64,000 bases of DNA, from IMG/VR virus record IMGVR_UViG_2854418831_000003, positions 1 to 64,000 of that record. One strand, 5' to 3'. Under the pieces are notes generated by a model that made no database searches, had not been told where the DNA came from, and saw only the letters and a program-made list of their open reading frames with translations. The position numbers and the translations under genes are program-made. Positions within the stretch are counted from its first letter, which is position 1. Each line of letters starts with the position of its first letter. Below, in pieces: positions 46,533 through 55,751 of this stretch. Source of the DNA: a virus (Duplodnaviria > Caudoviricetes).

Positions 46533-47564
46533 TTACACACAATCCGTAAAGAATGTTGCCAGGTCGTCGGCTGTTTTTTTCATGTCGGTACTGATCAGGC
46601 CCTCAATGAACTCAGAATGTGTGCCGTTTTCTCCTTCGTACTGGTCCATAGCTGTATAGGATCCATTACCTAACATGTCCCAGGTAAAAATATAACCTGC
46701 GGATGGTTCATCCACCTGCGGGGTATTGGTTGCATAGCACATCAGGGCTGCGTTGCTGTCGCAAATAAACTGCATGTCAGCCTCTTCTCCCGGTTTTGCT
46801 ACGTTGTAGGTGGATTCAAGCACTTTTACCTGCTCAAATCCCAGCACCTGTGCCAGAACCTGCTGTGTTACGATTGCCGGGTTTGCTGTGGATCCGGTAT
46901 ACTTCACGCGCTCAACAATGTCCGGGTGCTCTTTCAGTGCCAGGTATGCGTCATAACCCAGGGCGAGGCGGTTCGGCTGTCTGCGGCCTCTGCGCTTAAT
47001 ATCGCGGCGGCGTTCATCAAAGAAGTGCACCGGATCAAAGTTCGCGTCGTTAAATTTCAGGAATTTCTTGCCAGACGGCGCGCTGTCAGTTCCCTGCCAT
47101 TCGTCTCTCCAAACGCCGCTGTGGAAAAATCCCTGTGCGAAAAGAATGTCAAGGTGCAGGCTCATCTGCTCGTTTGCAAAACGTACCTTTGCGCGGCGCG
47201 GATCCTGTACGCCCGGCGCGTGGCTGCGCTGGTAGTTCAAGGCTGCGATCTGGTCAATGCCAACAATAACCTGGTCAACTTTGCAGCCATACTGGTTTTC
47301 TCCGGTTCCCATGATGGCTGGATTAACTTTTCCGAATGCCGGTTTGCGGGCTACGTTGTCCCTTGCAAGATCTCCCTTGTCGAATGTGTAGTAAAATCCG
47401 GAGCTAGTAGCTACCGGGCAAATTGGGAAAATGGACGGTGCCACCCAGTCGCCAGGCTGTGCGAAATACGCCTGGGACATGTTAGTCAGGTACTGGTTCG
47501 GCTTCCATCCTTTTGCGATCTCTGCTGCAATGCCTGCGTTTGTGCTCATTACATTTCTGCTCAT
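46533..47564 (-). CDS. Major capsid protein
   Basis: 343 aa; LTNMSQAY..SIFPICPV..LKEHPDIVERVKY; position after scaffold and decoration genes. Confidence 0.8.
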   Translation of the reverse strand: MSRNVMSTNAGIAAEIAKGWKPNQYLTNMSQAYFAQPGDWVAPSIFPICPVATSSGFYYTFDKGDLARDNVARKPAFGKVNPAIMGTGENQYGCKVDQVIVGIDQIAALNYQRSHAPGVQDPRRAKVRFANEQMSLHLDILFAQGFFHSGVWRDEWQGTDSAPSGKKFLKFNDANFDPVHFFDERRRDIKRRGRRQPNRLALGYDAYLALKEHPDIVERVKYTGSTANPAIVTQQVLAQVLGFEQVKVLESTYNVAKPGEEADMQFICDSNAALMCYATNTPQVDEPSAGYIFTWDMLGNGSYTAMDQYEGENGTHSEFIEGLISTDMKKTADDLATFFTDCV

Positions 47565-47586
47565 AGTCTTTTATTCCTCCTGTTTA

Positions 47587-47973
47587 TTAGTCTGCTGGCT
47601 TATAGCCTGCTTTTACGATCTGTACAGCAATGCGCTGGCCTGCCTGGGTTGCAGCTTCCAGTGCAATGCCTACGATAAAGGCTCCGCTTGTTGCCTTTAC
47701 TGCCTTGCCGCCGGTTCCGACTGCCAGCTCGTCGCCGTATGCTACGGCTGCGCCCGCTGTCCATGCACCAATATCCTTGATCTGCACGTCCAGGTCGTCC
47801 CCTGCTGTTACTTTGTCGTCGCATCCAGGCAATACAATACCGATGGCGTTCTTACCTGCTGTTGCCACTTTTCCGTCAGCGCCAACTGCTAAAAAAGCCG
47901 GTGCCGGAATCTCTTCCCCGGCCTTTACCACAATTACTGCACTGTCATTGATAACTGTTCCGTAATAGCTCAT
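47587..47973 (-). CDS. Capsid decoration/cement protein (DUF2190-like)
   Basis: Start MSYYGT with AAGGAGG RBS; Gly/Ala-rich, GIALEAAT. Confidence 0.7.
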   Translation of the reverse strand: MSYYGTVINDSAVIVVKAGEEIPAPAFLAVGADGKVATAGKNAIGIVLPGCDDKVTAGDDLDVQIKDIGAWTAGAAVAYGDELAVGTGGKAVKATSGAFIVGIALEAATQAGQRIAVQIVKAGYKPAD

Positions 47974-47986
47974 GATCTCTGCCTCC

Positions 47987-49285
47987 TTATCGTCTTGTTG
48001 CCTCGTACTCATGTACAAGGTCAGGGTTCTGTACACATGCAGCGTCAATGGATTCTGCATAGCTCAGGGCGGCGTTGCTCTTGCGGATTTCTTCCGCTTT
48101 CTTTTCGATCTGGCTCCATGCGTCAGTGCCTCCTGTGGCTCCTACGCCTCTTTTGCCAACTTCTCCGAAAAGTCCAGATTTTTCTACCGCTGCCACTGCT
48201 CCGTCAAGTACGCCGATCATGTCGTCGTATGCAGTGCCGCCTGCTGCCTGCAGTGCCTTTAATGTCGGGACCAGTTCTTCCGGTTTCTTGCCGATGATCT
48301 CGTACTTCTTCGCAACGTTGTAAAGTTTTTCCTCCTGCGCTGCGTCTGCCTGCTTTCTCAGTGCGATCAGTTCAGCTGCCACTAACGGGTGCAGGCCCTT
48401 GTAAATATCTTCGCCTGCTGCCTGCTGTCCTGTTGCTCCCTGTGCGCCCTCAGCGGCCGCTCCTGGGGTTTCTACTACTCCGGTGCCCGCTGCCTTGCCT
48501 ACGCCCTCCGGCGCTGCTCCTGCGCCTGCTCCTGCGCCCTCAGCTCCATCCTCAACACCATAGCGCTTTTTAAGTTCTTCAAACGCCATGCGGTCTGTTG
48601 CTGTCATGTTTGCCTCGTTGAATTTCATGTCAGTTTCTCCTCCTATAAATTTCTTTGTTTTGGTTTTTCCGTTATCTTCCGGCGGTGTCTCCCCGCCCTC
48701 CTGTTCAGGATCCTCTGTTTCCGGCGGCTGCGGTTTGCCTGTCGCCTTTTCAATCATCCCTCCCAGGCGGTCAACGGTTTCCTGCATGTGCTCTACGCTC
48801 ACGGCACCAGCTGTTTTTACAATCTGTGCCGTTTTACCTGCGCCCCAGGAAGTAACCAGGCCCTTGATGGCCACGTCAAACTCGTCAATGCTCTGGTTCA
48901 TCAGTGCGGCCTTGTCCGTTACTTCTTCGTCCCGGATAATGCTGCACAAGCTGTTTTCCAGTGCAAAACACACATCCCAAATTTCATCAGTAATGCGGCG
49001 GAGCTTGCGTTCTTCCATCTTGTCATTGAATGTATCTGCTTTTTCAATGTCGGCCACTGCGCTGTCAATGTCTGCCTGGTCCAGCTTCAACGCCTTGCCA
49101 ATGGCAGAAAAGAACTTGTGCAGGCCGCTTTTTGCTGGTGCCTGTTCCGGATTCTGGCCCGTCGGCTGTTCTTCCGGTTTCCCGCCGTTTCTCTTATACA
49201 GGGCAACGTGCGCGTGCTGGTTTGCGCCAGCATCCACCAGGCTAACCTCTGTTACTTCCAGGTCTTTCAGCTTTGTCTTTGCCAC
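47987..49285 (-). CDS. Scaffold/prohead protease-associated protein
   Basis: LEVTEVSLVDAGANQHA N-terminus; helical, low-complexity body. Confidence 0.65.
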   Translation of the reverse strand: MAKTKLKDLEVTEVSLVDAGANQHAHVALYKRNGGKPEEQPTGQNPEQAPAKSGLHKFFSAIGKALKLDQADIDSAVADIEKADTFNDKMEERKLRRITDEIWDVCFALENSLCSIIRDEEVTDKAALMNQSIDEFDVAIKGLVTSWGAGKTAQIVKTAGAVSVEHMQETVDRLGGMIEKATGKPQPPETEDPEQEGGETPPEDNGKTKTKKFIGGETDMKFNEANMTATDRMAFEELKKRYGVEDGAEGAGAGAGAAPEGVGKAAGTGVVETPGAAAEGAQGATGQQAAGEDIYKGLHPLVAAELIALRKQADAAQEEKLYNVAKKYEIIGKKPEELVPTLKALQAAGGTAYDDMIGVLDGAVAAVEKSGLFGEVGKRGVGATGGTDAWSQIEKKAEEIRKSNAALSYAESIDAACVQNPDLVHEYEATRR

Positions 49286-49320
49286 TTGACCGTGTCCTCC
49301 TCTCTAAATTTTTATAAACA

Positions 49321-49345
49321 AAAAACACCAGTTTCCCGGTGTTCC
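49321..49345 (-). terminator. Intrinsic terminator
   Basis: AACACCGG-GAAA-CTGGTGTTTTTGTTT. Confidence 0.5.
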
Positions 49346-49351
49346 TGCTTA

Positions 49352-49819
49352 TCACTCTGCTACGGCTCCGTCGTCGTCCTCAACTTCTTCCCGGATCGCG
49401 GTTCCGCCAATGGAGAACATGCTGTATTCTCCACTTTTTACTTTCTCCCATACGTCATCATCAGTGACGCGGAAGCCAATCCACCAACCAACCGGCAAGG
49501 TGCCGGCGGCCAGTCCCATTGCTGCCTGCTTTTCCTCAGTCAGCACAACGCTTTCCACCATGACTGCGGTTCCTGTTCTTTCGTGCATTTCCCCGCCGTC
49601 TCGGTACAGCTCTGCGAATTTATAGGCTGCGGCTTCCAGGGTTTCCGGGTCGATCATGTCCTCCTGCAGGTCAACAACCTCATTGCCGCCCACATCTACG
49701 GACACATTGGCCCACCCAAATACAAGCCGCTTGTCCTCGTCTACTTTTTGAACCTTAAAGCGCCCCTTTTTCTCAACTGGCTGCGCCCGGCTCTTAATAA
49801 TGTCACTGAAAGTCTGCAT
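49352..49819 (-). CDS. XkdF-like putative prohead serine protease
   Basis: DEDKRLVFGWA..DLQEDMI..GEMH..VESVV..VWEKVKSGEYSMFSIGG. Confidence 0.8.
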   Translation of the reverse strand: MQTFSDIIKSRAQPVEKKGRFKVQKVDEDKRLVFGWANVSVDVGGNEVVDLQEDMIDPETLEAAAYKFAELYRDGGEMHERTGTAVMVESVVLTEEKQAAMGLAAGTLPVGWWIGFRVTDDDVWEKVKSGEYSMFSIGGTAIREEVEDDDGAVAE

Positions 49820-49840
49820 TTTCTCCTCCTTTTAGGCATG

Positions 49841-49868
49841 AAAAAAGCGCCTGGGTTCTTCCAGACGC
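49841..49868 (-). terminator. Intrinsic terminator after MuF and its partner gene
   Basis: GCGTCTGG-AAGAA-CCCAGGCGC-TTTTTT. Confidence 0.6.
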
Positions 49869-49965
49869 TCTGCGTTAAATGGCATTTCTGCACATTATTG
49901 TTGATTTTCTGCACGTTTTCCGCGTTTTTGTCACGCTTTACGCTCGAAAATGTACGTTTTTGATT

Positions 49966-50388
49966 TTAAGTGTCCGTGCGGTGTCCTTTTCGCCTGTTCT
50001 CTTCCATCTCCCAGGCTCCAATTTCTGCCACGCGGCTGTTTGGCCAGTTCTTCCGGTACCAGAAATGCAGATCTGCTGTATTCTGGCAGCACTCAGCAAT
50101 GTCCTTGCCCTGCGCGATCCACTTCCAGGTTTCTTTCCGGAATGTCTTAATATCCAGTGCAGAAAATTTATAGGTGCCGCCTCTGGCACCCATTACACTG
50201 TCATTACATTCAAACTCAAAATAGTCCCCGGTGTCCTTGATCACTTTTCCGGTCAAGGCCCATATACCGGAATCAGGTACCGCAAAATGCAGGCGCCCGT
50301 CCCGTGGATCCACAATAGGCTGTACGGCCACATTAAACATGCCAGGCATGTGCGGCTGTTCAAACCAGTATGCTTTTCTATAATCCAT
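49966..50388 (-). CDS. Hypothetical protein, candidate immunity partner of MuF
   Basis: TAATG overlap with the MuF stop; followed by a terminator. Confidence 0.55.
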   Translation of the reverse strand: MDYRKAYWFEQPHMPGMFNVAVQPIVDPRDGRLHFAVPDSGIWALTGKVIKDTGDYFEFECNDSVMGARGGTYKFSALDIKTFRKETWKWIAQGKDIAECCQNTADLHFWYRKNWPNSRVAEIGAWEMEENRRKGHRTDT

Positions 50389-53300
50389 TACAGTTCACTC
50401 CCTACGGTTATAAATTTTTCAATATCAATGCCGTTAATATCCATTATACCCCGTGCTCGAAGTTCACTCAACAGGTGCTGCCTTTCATATCTGCTATTGC
50501 ACATGATTTCTGTAAAATATCGGCTGTCTATTCCGTTTCGGAACATAATTTCATTACTTCCAGCAAAACTGCTTTCCATGTTCTTGACAAACTGTTCAGG
50601 GCTTGCCCCGTATTTACTTATATCTGCAACTTTTCCAAACTTATCCCCACCAAAAGAGTAATAGTCTGTACGTTCCAGGACTGCGGTACTCATTTTTATC
50701 TGGTAGTCTCCCGCTACACTGGCGTTGGAAAACTTTCGCTTTGCTTTCTGTGCGCTTCCGGTCACAAGTCTGGTAAACGCGTTATCAGCTCCGCCGGTTC
50801 CCATATCAGAGTACATGCTGGCACCAGCTGGCTGCTGTATGCCCTGCTTGATTCTGCTCATGGTGGACGAAATTCCGCCGCTTTGCAAAATTTTTATAAC
50901 GTCGCCCTCTCTGGAAACGCTATGGTAAACATACTTTGCACCGGCCTTTTCCAGGTCCTTTGCAAGTCCAGGCACCACATAGGTTATATAGCCGTTGTAT
51001 TCGCTCTGGAGCTTCATACTGGCCAGCTGCACCACATTGATATTTTCCTGGGCGATTATCTCGTCCAGTTTACTTACCAGTCTGCTGCCTGCCAGGTCTT
51101 TCAGTTCGTCCACACGGCCAGGGGCTTGTGACCACACAAGCCTTGCCTTTTTCAGGGTTTCCTCTGCTGCTGCCGTTGGCGTCCTGGCTACTTCGTCCAG
51201 GCCTACCTTTTTCAGCAGCTCCGTGGCTTTTTTGGCGTCCGCTATGCCGTCTCCGCTGCTTCGAACACGGATTCTAAAATACCCGTCCCAGGAATGCAGG
51301 CTTTGGCCGCTGTACAATTCAAAGGACGCATACTTTGGATCATAGGAATCCAGGTAGGTAACAACCCCGTGTATGTTTGCTTGAGTTTCAACCAGTGTGT
51401 TGCTGGTCCATGCTCTTGCCGTCGGGGCCGTGGTTTCAAAGCTCATGTTGATACGCTGCGCTGGGACCGTCGGGTTTGCCCCGTCCATCCTCTGCAGCAC
51501 ATCATCCCAGGCGCTAGACCTCAGCTTTCCGGTAATCTCATAGTGCACGTCTCCGTCTATGATCATACGGCGGGCGCTCAGGTTCATGCCCTCAACCTTG
51601 TCCGCGTCGCTCCATACCGCCTGCCCCTGCTTCGGTCCTGGGTGTATCTTGTCAAAATCTGTAAATACATCCTCGGCCGTTTTGGTCCCTGGAGGCAGGT
51701 GCCCGGTGTTGGTCGCTGCCGGTGCTTTCGGTGTCGCCTTGGCGTTTCTGGCCGCCTGGTTGGCCGCCAGTCTGTCCCGTACATCCTTGCTGCACTGTTT
51801 GGCCTTTACCGGGTCGGACAAGCTGTCAATGAGCTGTTGCTTGTTCATGTTGTTGCAATAGGCAATGTTTTGGGCCTTGGCCATCTGCAGCAGATCTGCC
51901 TTTCCCATCTTTTTCAGCGCTGCCGCATCATGCGTGGCTGCCTGGATGGTCTTGGCCGTGTTCTGCGCTTCGTCCGCCCACACAAAAGCTGCCTGTTTTT
52001 TACCGGTTCGCTGGGTCAACAGGTCCGTGTAAAATGTCCGGTATGTTTCCCGGAGGTTCTGCTTTCGCTCCACAATGGCATCCAGCAGCTGCTCTGCATC
52101 CTTTCCCTTGCCTTTCAGGCTTTCAGCATAGCCCCGGAATATTTCTCTGTATTCCTTGTCAGGTATTGCCTCGACCCGTTTTATATATGCCAGGGTGTCC
52201 TGCGGGTTTAGATCCAGCTCATTGTTGGCATACTTCCGGAAAACAGTGTTGTACAGCGGTTCTGTTTCGCCATACTTGCTGTTGGGATGGTATGCGTATG
52301 TCATTTTTCCGCTGGCCTTGTCGGTAATGTACCGGAAAGACTGTTCTTTGTCTACACCGATCAGCTGCCCGCTGGTATCTGTTACAAAATTGCCGCCGTG
52401 GCTGTCATAGTTCCCCAGCAGCCAGTCTGTAACATGTTCCCGCTGTATCTGCTGTACCTGGTCAGCTGTCAGGCCTTTGGTGCCATACTGCTGCCACGCC
52501 TTGAAGTCGAACCCGTTCGGGTCCACGTCAATTTTCTGCTGGTATGCACCAAACTGGCCGCCTATGTGTCCGGTGCCAACCTTGACGGCCGTGTCCGGAT
52601 CCACAATGCCCTGCACCTTGTAACCAGCTTCCTGCACATAGGCCCGGAACTCTTCCGGTGTGCCGCTTTTGGACTGTGCCGGTTTGAAAAGCCATTCCGT
52701 GCCGCTGTCATCCTCGCACAAGTGCATTTCTCCGGTACCGCCCAGGTGTGCCAGGCCTTTGTCTTTCATTCCCTGCGGCATTTGCAAGCTGTCAGGGATG
52801 GACGGTGTCGCCGGATCCGGAATGTTTGGCCCCGGTACCTGGCTCTGTGCCGGCTGTATTACCGGCGGGGAAATCTCCCTATACTCAACTGCACACCTGC
52901 ACTGCGGATGTGCCGGTGGCGTCAGCCTTTGCCCTCCAAAAAGTAATTTATTCAGCTTAAAATTAAAATCGTCGTCTATGCCTATCGTCTGCCCCTCTAA
53001 CCCGTTACAGATATCACAAACGCCGTCGTCATAAGCTGTTGACCATACCTTTTCCACAACGCCCATAAGGCCCTGCGCCTGGGCCATCTTTACTGCTTCA
53101 TACTCGCCGTGCTGATATGCGAATGCCATTTCTGTCTCCGCTATCATGTTAGCACGGTACCGGTGCTGTTGCGCTGCGTACTTGGCCGCTGCTTCCTGGG
53201 CTTTCTTGGCCGCTGTGGCCTCTTTCATGCCTGGATTATTCTTTAGCAAGGAATCTTTCACATGATCGTAATAGTTCGCGTTTGCAATAGCCTGGCGCTG

Positions 53301-53807
53301 TGTCAGGCCTATGCACGGACGTATTGCCCTGGATAATTCCTCCGCGCTCTCCCCTTTGCTGTACGCTCTGGCGATCAGGGCGCTCACTGCGTTCTTTTGC
53401 TCGGTGCTTATATTCGTTACAAACTCCGCGCCGTGCTCTTGAACCCACTTCGTTACCCCTGGCCATGTGTGATCAAAGAAAAAACTGTCATGCTGTTCCT
53501 GCACGCCCAGGCTTGCTGTTTCCATAGCTTTAACCCATACAGGGGACAGCTTGTCGCTTACCATCTTGCTATAATCCTGCTGCCACTGTTGGAAAGTGCT
53601 TTCGCTCATGTGGCCGTTCATTATAGCCTCGCGGATTTCCTTGTAGGTAATTGCATTTTGCTGGTTGGTCCATGTGCTATGCAAAATATATGCCGGTTCA
53701 GCGGACGCCGCGTTCAGGAAGCTGTTCAGCTTGTTCAGCGCATTTTGTCCGCCCTGGCTTTTCTTCTTGCCAGTCGCTTTGCGGATCCGTATTTTCTTAA
53801 ATTGCAT
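50388..53807 (-). CDS. MuF minor head protein fused to atypical kinase-like, Rho_N/HeH-like and ADP-ribosyltransferase-like domains
   Basis: MuF KVWST..DDGVCDIC..PPAHPQCRC; kinase LGGTG/WLFKP/DWLLGNYDSHGGNF/GVDK; Rho_N LKKMGKADLLQMAKAQNI..NKQQLID; ART-like YHSVS..ILQSGGISST..SNEIMF. Confidence 0.75.
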   Translation of the reverse strand: MQFKKIRIRKATGKKKSQGGQNALNKLNSFLNAASAEPAYILHSTWTNQQNAITYKEIREAIMNGHMSESTFQQWQQDYSKMVSDKLSPVWVKAMETASLGVQEQHDSFFFDHTWPGVTKWVQEHGAEFVTNISTEQKNAVSALIARAYSKGESAEELSRAIRPCIGLTQRQAIANANYYDHVKDSLLKNNPGMKEATAAKKAQEAAAKYAAQQHRYRANMIAETEMAFAYQHGEYEAVKMAQAQGLMGVVEKVWSTAYDDGVCDICNGLEGQTIGIDDDFNFKLNKLLFGGQRLTPPAHPQCRCAVEYREISPPVIQPAQSQVPGPNIPDPATPSIPDSLQMPQGMKDKGLAHLGGTGEMHLCEDDSGTEWLFKPAQSKSGTPEEFRAYVQEAGYKVQGIVDPDTAVKVGTGHIGGQFGAYQQKIDVDPNGFDFKAWQQYGTKGLTADQVQQIQREHVTDWLLGNYDSHGGNFVTDTSGQLIGVDKEQSFRYITDKASGKMTYAYHPNSKYGETEPLYNTVFRKYANNELDLNPQDTLAYIKRVEAIPDKEYREIFRGYAESLKGKGKDAEQLLDAIVERKQNLRETYRTFYTDLLTQRTGKKQAAFVWADEAQNTAKTIQAATHDAAALKKMGKADLLQMAKAQNIAYCNNMNKQQLIDSLSDPVKAKQCSKDVRDRLAANQAARNAKATPKAPAATNTGHLPPGTKTAEDVFTDFDKIHPGPKQGQAVWSDADKVEGMNLSARRMIIDGDVHYEITGKLRSSAWDDVLQRMDGANPTVPAQRINMSFETTAPTARAWTSNTLVETQANIHGVVTYLDSYDPKYASFELYSGQSLHSWDGYFRIRVRSSGDGIADAKKATELLKKVGLDEVARTPTAAAEETLKKARLVWSQAPGRVDELKDLAGSRLVSKLDEIIAQENINVVQLASMKLQSEYNGYITYVVPGLAKDLEKAGAKYVYHSVSREGDVIKILQSGGISSTMSRIKQGIQQPAGASMYSDMGTGGADNAFTRLVTGSAQKAKRKFSNASVAGDYQIKMSTAVLERTDYYSFGGDKFGKVADISKYGASPEQFVKNMESSFAGSNEIMFRNGIDSRYFTEIMCNSRYERQHLLSELRARGIMDINGIDIEKFITVGSEL

Positions 53808-55243
53808 TATGGGTCCCTCCCCAGTCTCTTCCTTGCCTCCTCAACGGCCTGCATATCTTCCTCGGTCACTCCGTCAGGATCTTCCTCTCCTCCGGGGTCA
53901 ACCGTGCTGCTACGCTGCTGTTGTGGTTTTGCCTGCTGCCTCTGCCGCGCATTTACTGGCTTTTCTCCTCCCTGTGCCGGTACCGCCGGGGTATCATCTT
54001 CCAGGCGCTCAGGCAGGTGTGCTGCTTCTCTCACATAGTCCTCTAACTGGCTGTCTGGCGTTAATATGCCGACGCCGGTCATTTCCTTTATGTAGTTGGC
54101 CAGCTTCTCGATGTCCTCGTCCTCAATGTCTCCGTGCTCCATTCGCGGGTAATCTGTAATGCCGTTGAAGTGGTCGCCGTTCAGGTTGATCAGACGGGGG
54201 ATTGCCTGGTTATTAAAAACCTCACAAATAATATCAAGGTACGCGCCTATTGCCATGGAAAACAGCTCTGTCTTGTCGCTGCTTAGTGCAAAGCTGCCGA
54301 CGCTCTGGTGCCCCAGGAAAATAAAATCTGCCAGCACGGTCATTGCCATGCGGGTGTCATATCTCTCAATGATCGCGTTGGTATCAAACTGGCGGCGGCC
54401 TCCGGTGCTCAACAGCTGGAACTGCCAGCCGTTCGGAAGTGCCAGCCCCTCGGTACTGTCTCGGCGCACATTTTTAACAATGGCCTCCATGCCTGCGCGG
54501 ATGGCTACCATGTCCGGATCATCCGTGTCCCATATGTTCATACCCTCTGGCGCTGTCAACACCGGGAAGCCAGCCAGATCTCTCTCTATACCGATTCCCT
54601 CAATCTCCTGTATGCGGCGCTTGAAGTACCAGGACCGGTATGCGTTCCTCAGTACGCTGCGCCCCTCCGGGTTGTTCTTCCGGCTCTTTGTCCGGAACAA
54701 CAGGGCTTTTTCTATCGGTATCGTGTACAGGCCGAAGTTTGGCGGCGGCATCTGTGTCATGCCGGTCAGGTTGTCATTGTCGTCATACTCCCACTGATAA
54801 AGGGTTTCTTGTGCTCTGATAGGCAGCTTGGCCCATCCGATCAGCCCGTCGTCATACTTGCTATTTAGGCGGCTGTCCCTATTTTTGCCGCAACGCCGCT
54901 TGTACACGATTTCGTGGTAGCTCCACCCGTATGTTAAAAAGGACAAGATTTCCGAAATGGTATCTGTCCAGGTGTCCTGCATGTCGTCCATGCAGCTCTC
55001 AACAAACTCTGCTGCCTCTTCGTCTGCGTTCTCCGGTCCTCCTGGCTGTATGGTCCAGTTCGTCTGCCGAATCAGCATTTCAATGGCAAACAGTATGGCG
55101 CCGATCACGTCGTCATTGTCCGCCATTTCTCTGTATGTCTCCACGCCTTTACGGCCCTGGAGCTCTTTCAAAAATTCCTCGTAAAAAAAGCCGCCATAGC
55201 GCTTTTGCCCTATGCGGCCGATTTCTCCTGCTGTGGTTGCCAC
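53807..55243 (-). CDS. Portal protein (DUF935/Mu gp29-like); GTG start at 55243
   Basis: YREMADNDDVIGA..LTYGWSYHEIVY..GRSVLRNAYRSWYFK..EGIGIERDLAG. Confidence 0.88.
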   Translation of the reverse strand: MATTAGEIGRIGQKRYGGFFYEEFLKELQGRKGVETYREMADNDDVIGAILFAIEMLIRQTNWTIQPGGPENADEEAAEFVESCMDDMQDTWTDTISEILSFLTYGWSYHEIVYKRRCGKNRDSRLNSKYDDGLIGWAKLPIRAQETLYQWEYDDNDNLTGMTQMPPPNFGLYTIPIEKALLFRTKSRKNNPEGRSVLRNAYRSWYFKRRIQEIEGIGIERDLAGFPVLTAPEGMNIWDTDDPDMVAIRAGMEAIVKNVRRDSTEGLALPNGWQFQLLSTGGRRQFDTNAIIERYDTRMAMTVLADFIFLGHQSVGSFALSSDKTELFSMAIGAYLDIICEVFNNQAIPRLINLNGDHFNGITDYPRMEHGDIEDEDIEKLANYIKEMTGVGILTPDSQLEDYVREAAHLPERLEDDTPAVPAQGGEKPVNARQRQQAKPQQQRSSTVDPGGEEDPDGVTEEDMQAVEEARKRLGRDP

Positions 55244-55401
55244 TATGACAGCCCTCCTTTCCGTCCACAAATCTTATACAGCAGCTTCTGTGCTGTCTGT
55301 TGTACCTTAACCTGCACGGAGGCGTTTCTGTCCATGTTCTTGCCGTCTCCCTTGCTGGTCTTATTGTTCCGGTTGATCCGGTTCATCAGCGACAGGCTCA
55401 T
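55243..55401 (-). CDS. Small hypothetical protein, 52 aa (not in ORF track)
   Basis: MSLSLMNRINRNNK...; overlaps both neighbours by 1 nt (TAATG, TAGTG). Confidence 0.45.
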   Translation of the reverse strand: MSLSLMNRINRNNKTSKGDGKNMDRNASVQVKVQQTAQKLLYKICGRKGGLS

Positions 55402-55751
55402 TATTCCCCACCTGCCTCTGCTACCTGGCCATATCCATAGTACATAATACCTGTACCGCTTGAAATCGTCACGCTGGCCGCTTTCAGGTACAAACAGTTG
55501 CCTGCTGTCAAAACCAGGCCGTCAACCGCTGCTGGCGCATCCCAGGCGGCTCCCACTGTTCTGATTGTCGTATCTGTCAGCGCCTGCACCGCAACAATGT
55601 GGCGGTTCTCTGCCTCCGGTTCGTACTTAGTGGCCGCTCCGGTTGCATTGTAAAGCATACAACCAAAACCGCCCATGCCGGCGATCATGCTTCCGTTTGC
55701 AGCGTTTCTGTTTCCCATTCCCATAGCCTTGCACCTCACTTTCCTCTCCAA
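55401..55751 (-). CDS. Hypothetical protein between terminase and portal
   Basis: Beta-rich ORF, coupled to its neighbours. Confidence 0.5.
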   Translation of the reverse strand: MERKVRCKAMGMGNRNAANGSMIAGMGGFGCMLYNATGAATKYEPEAENRHIVAVQALTDTTIRTVGAAWDAPAAVDGLVLTAGNCLYLKAASVTISSGTGIMYYGYGQVAEAGGE

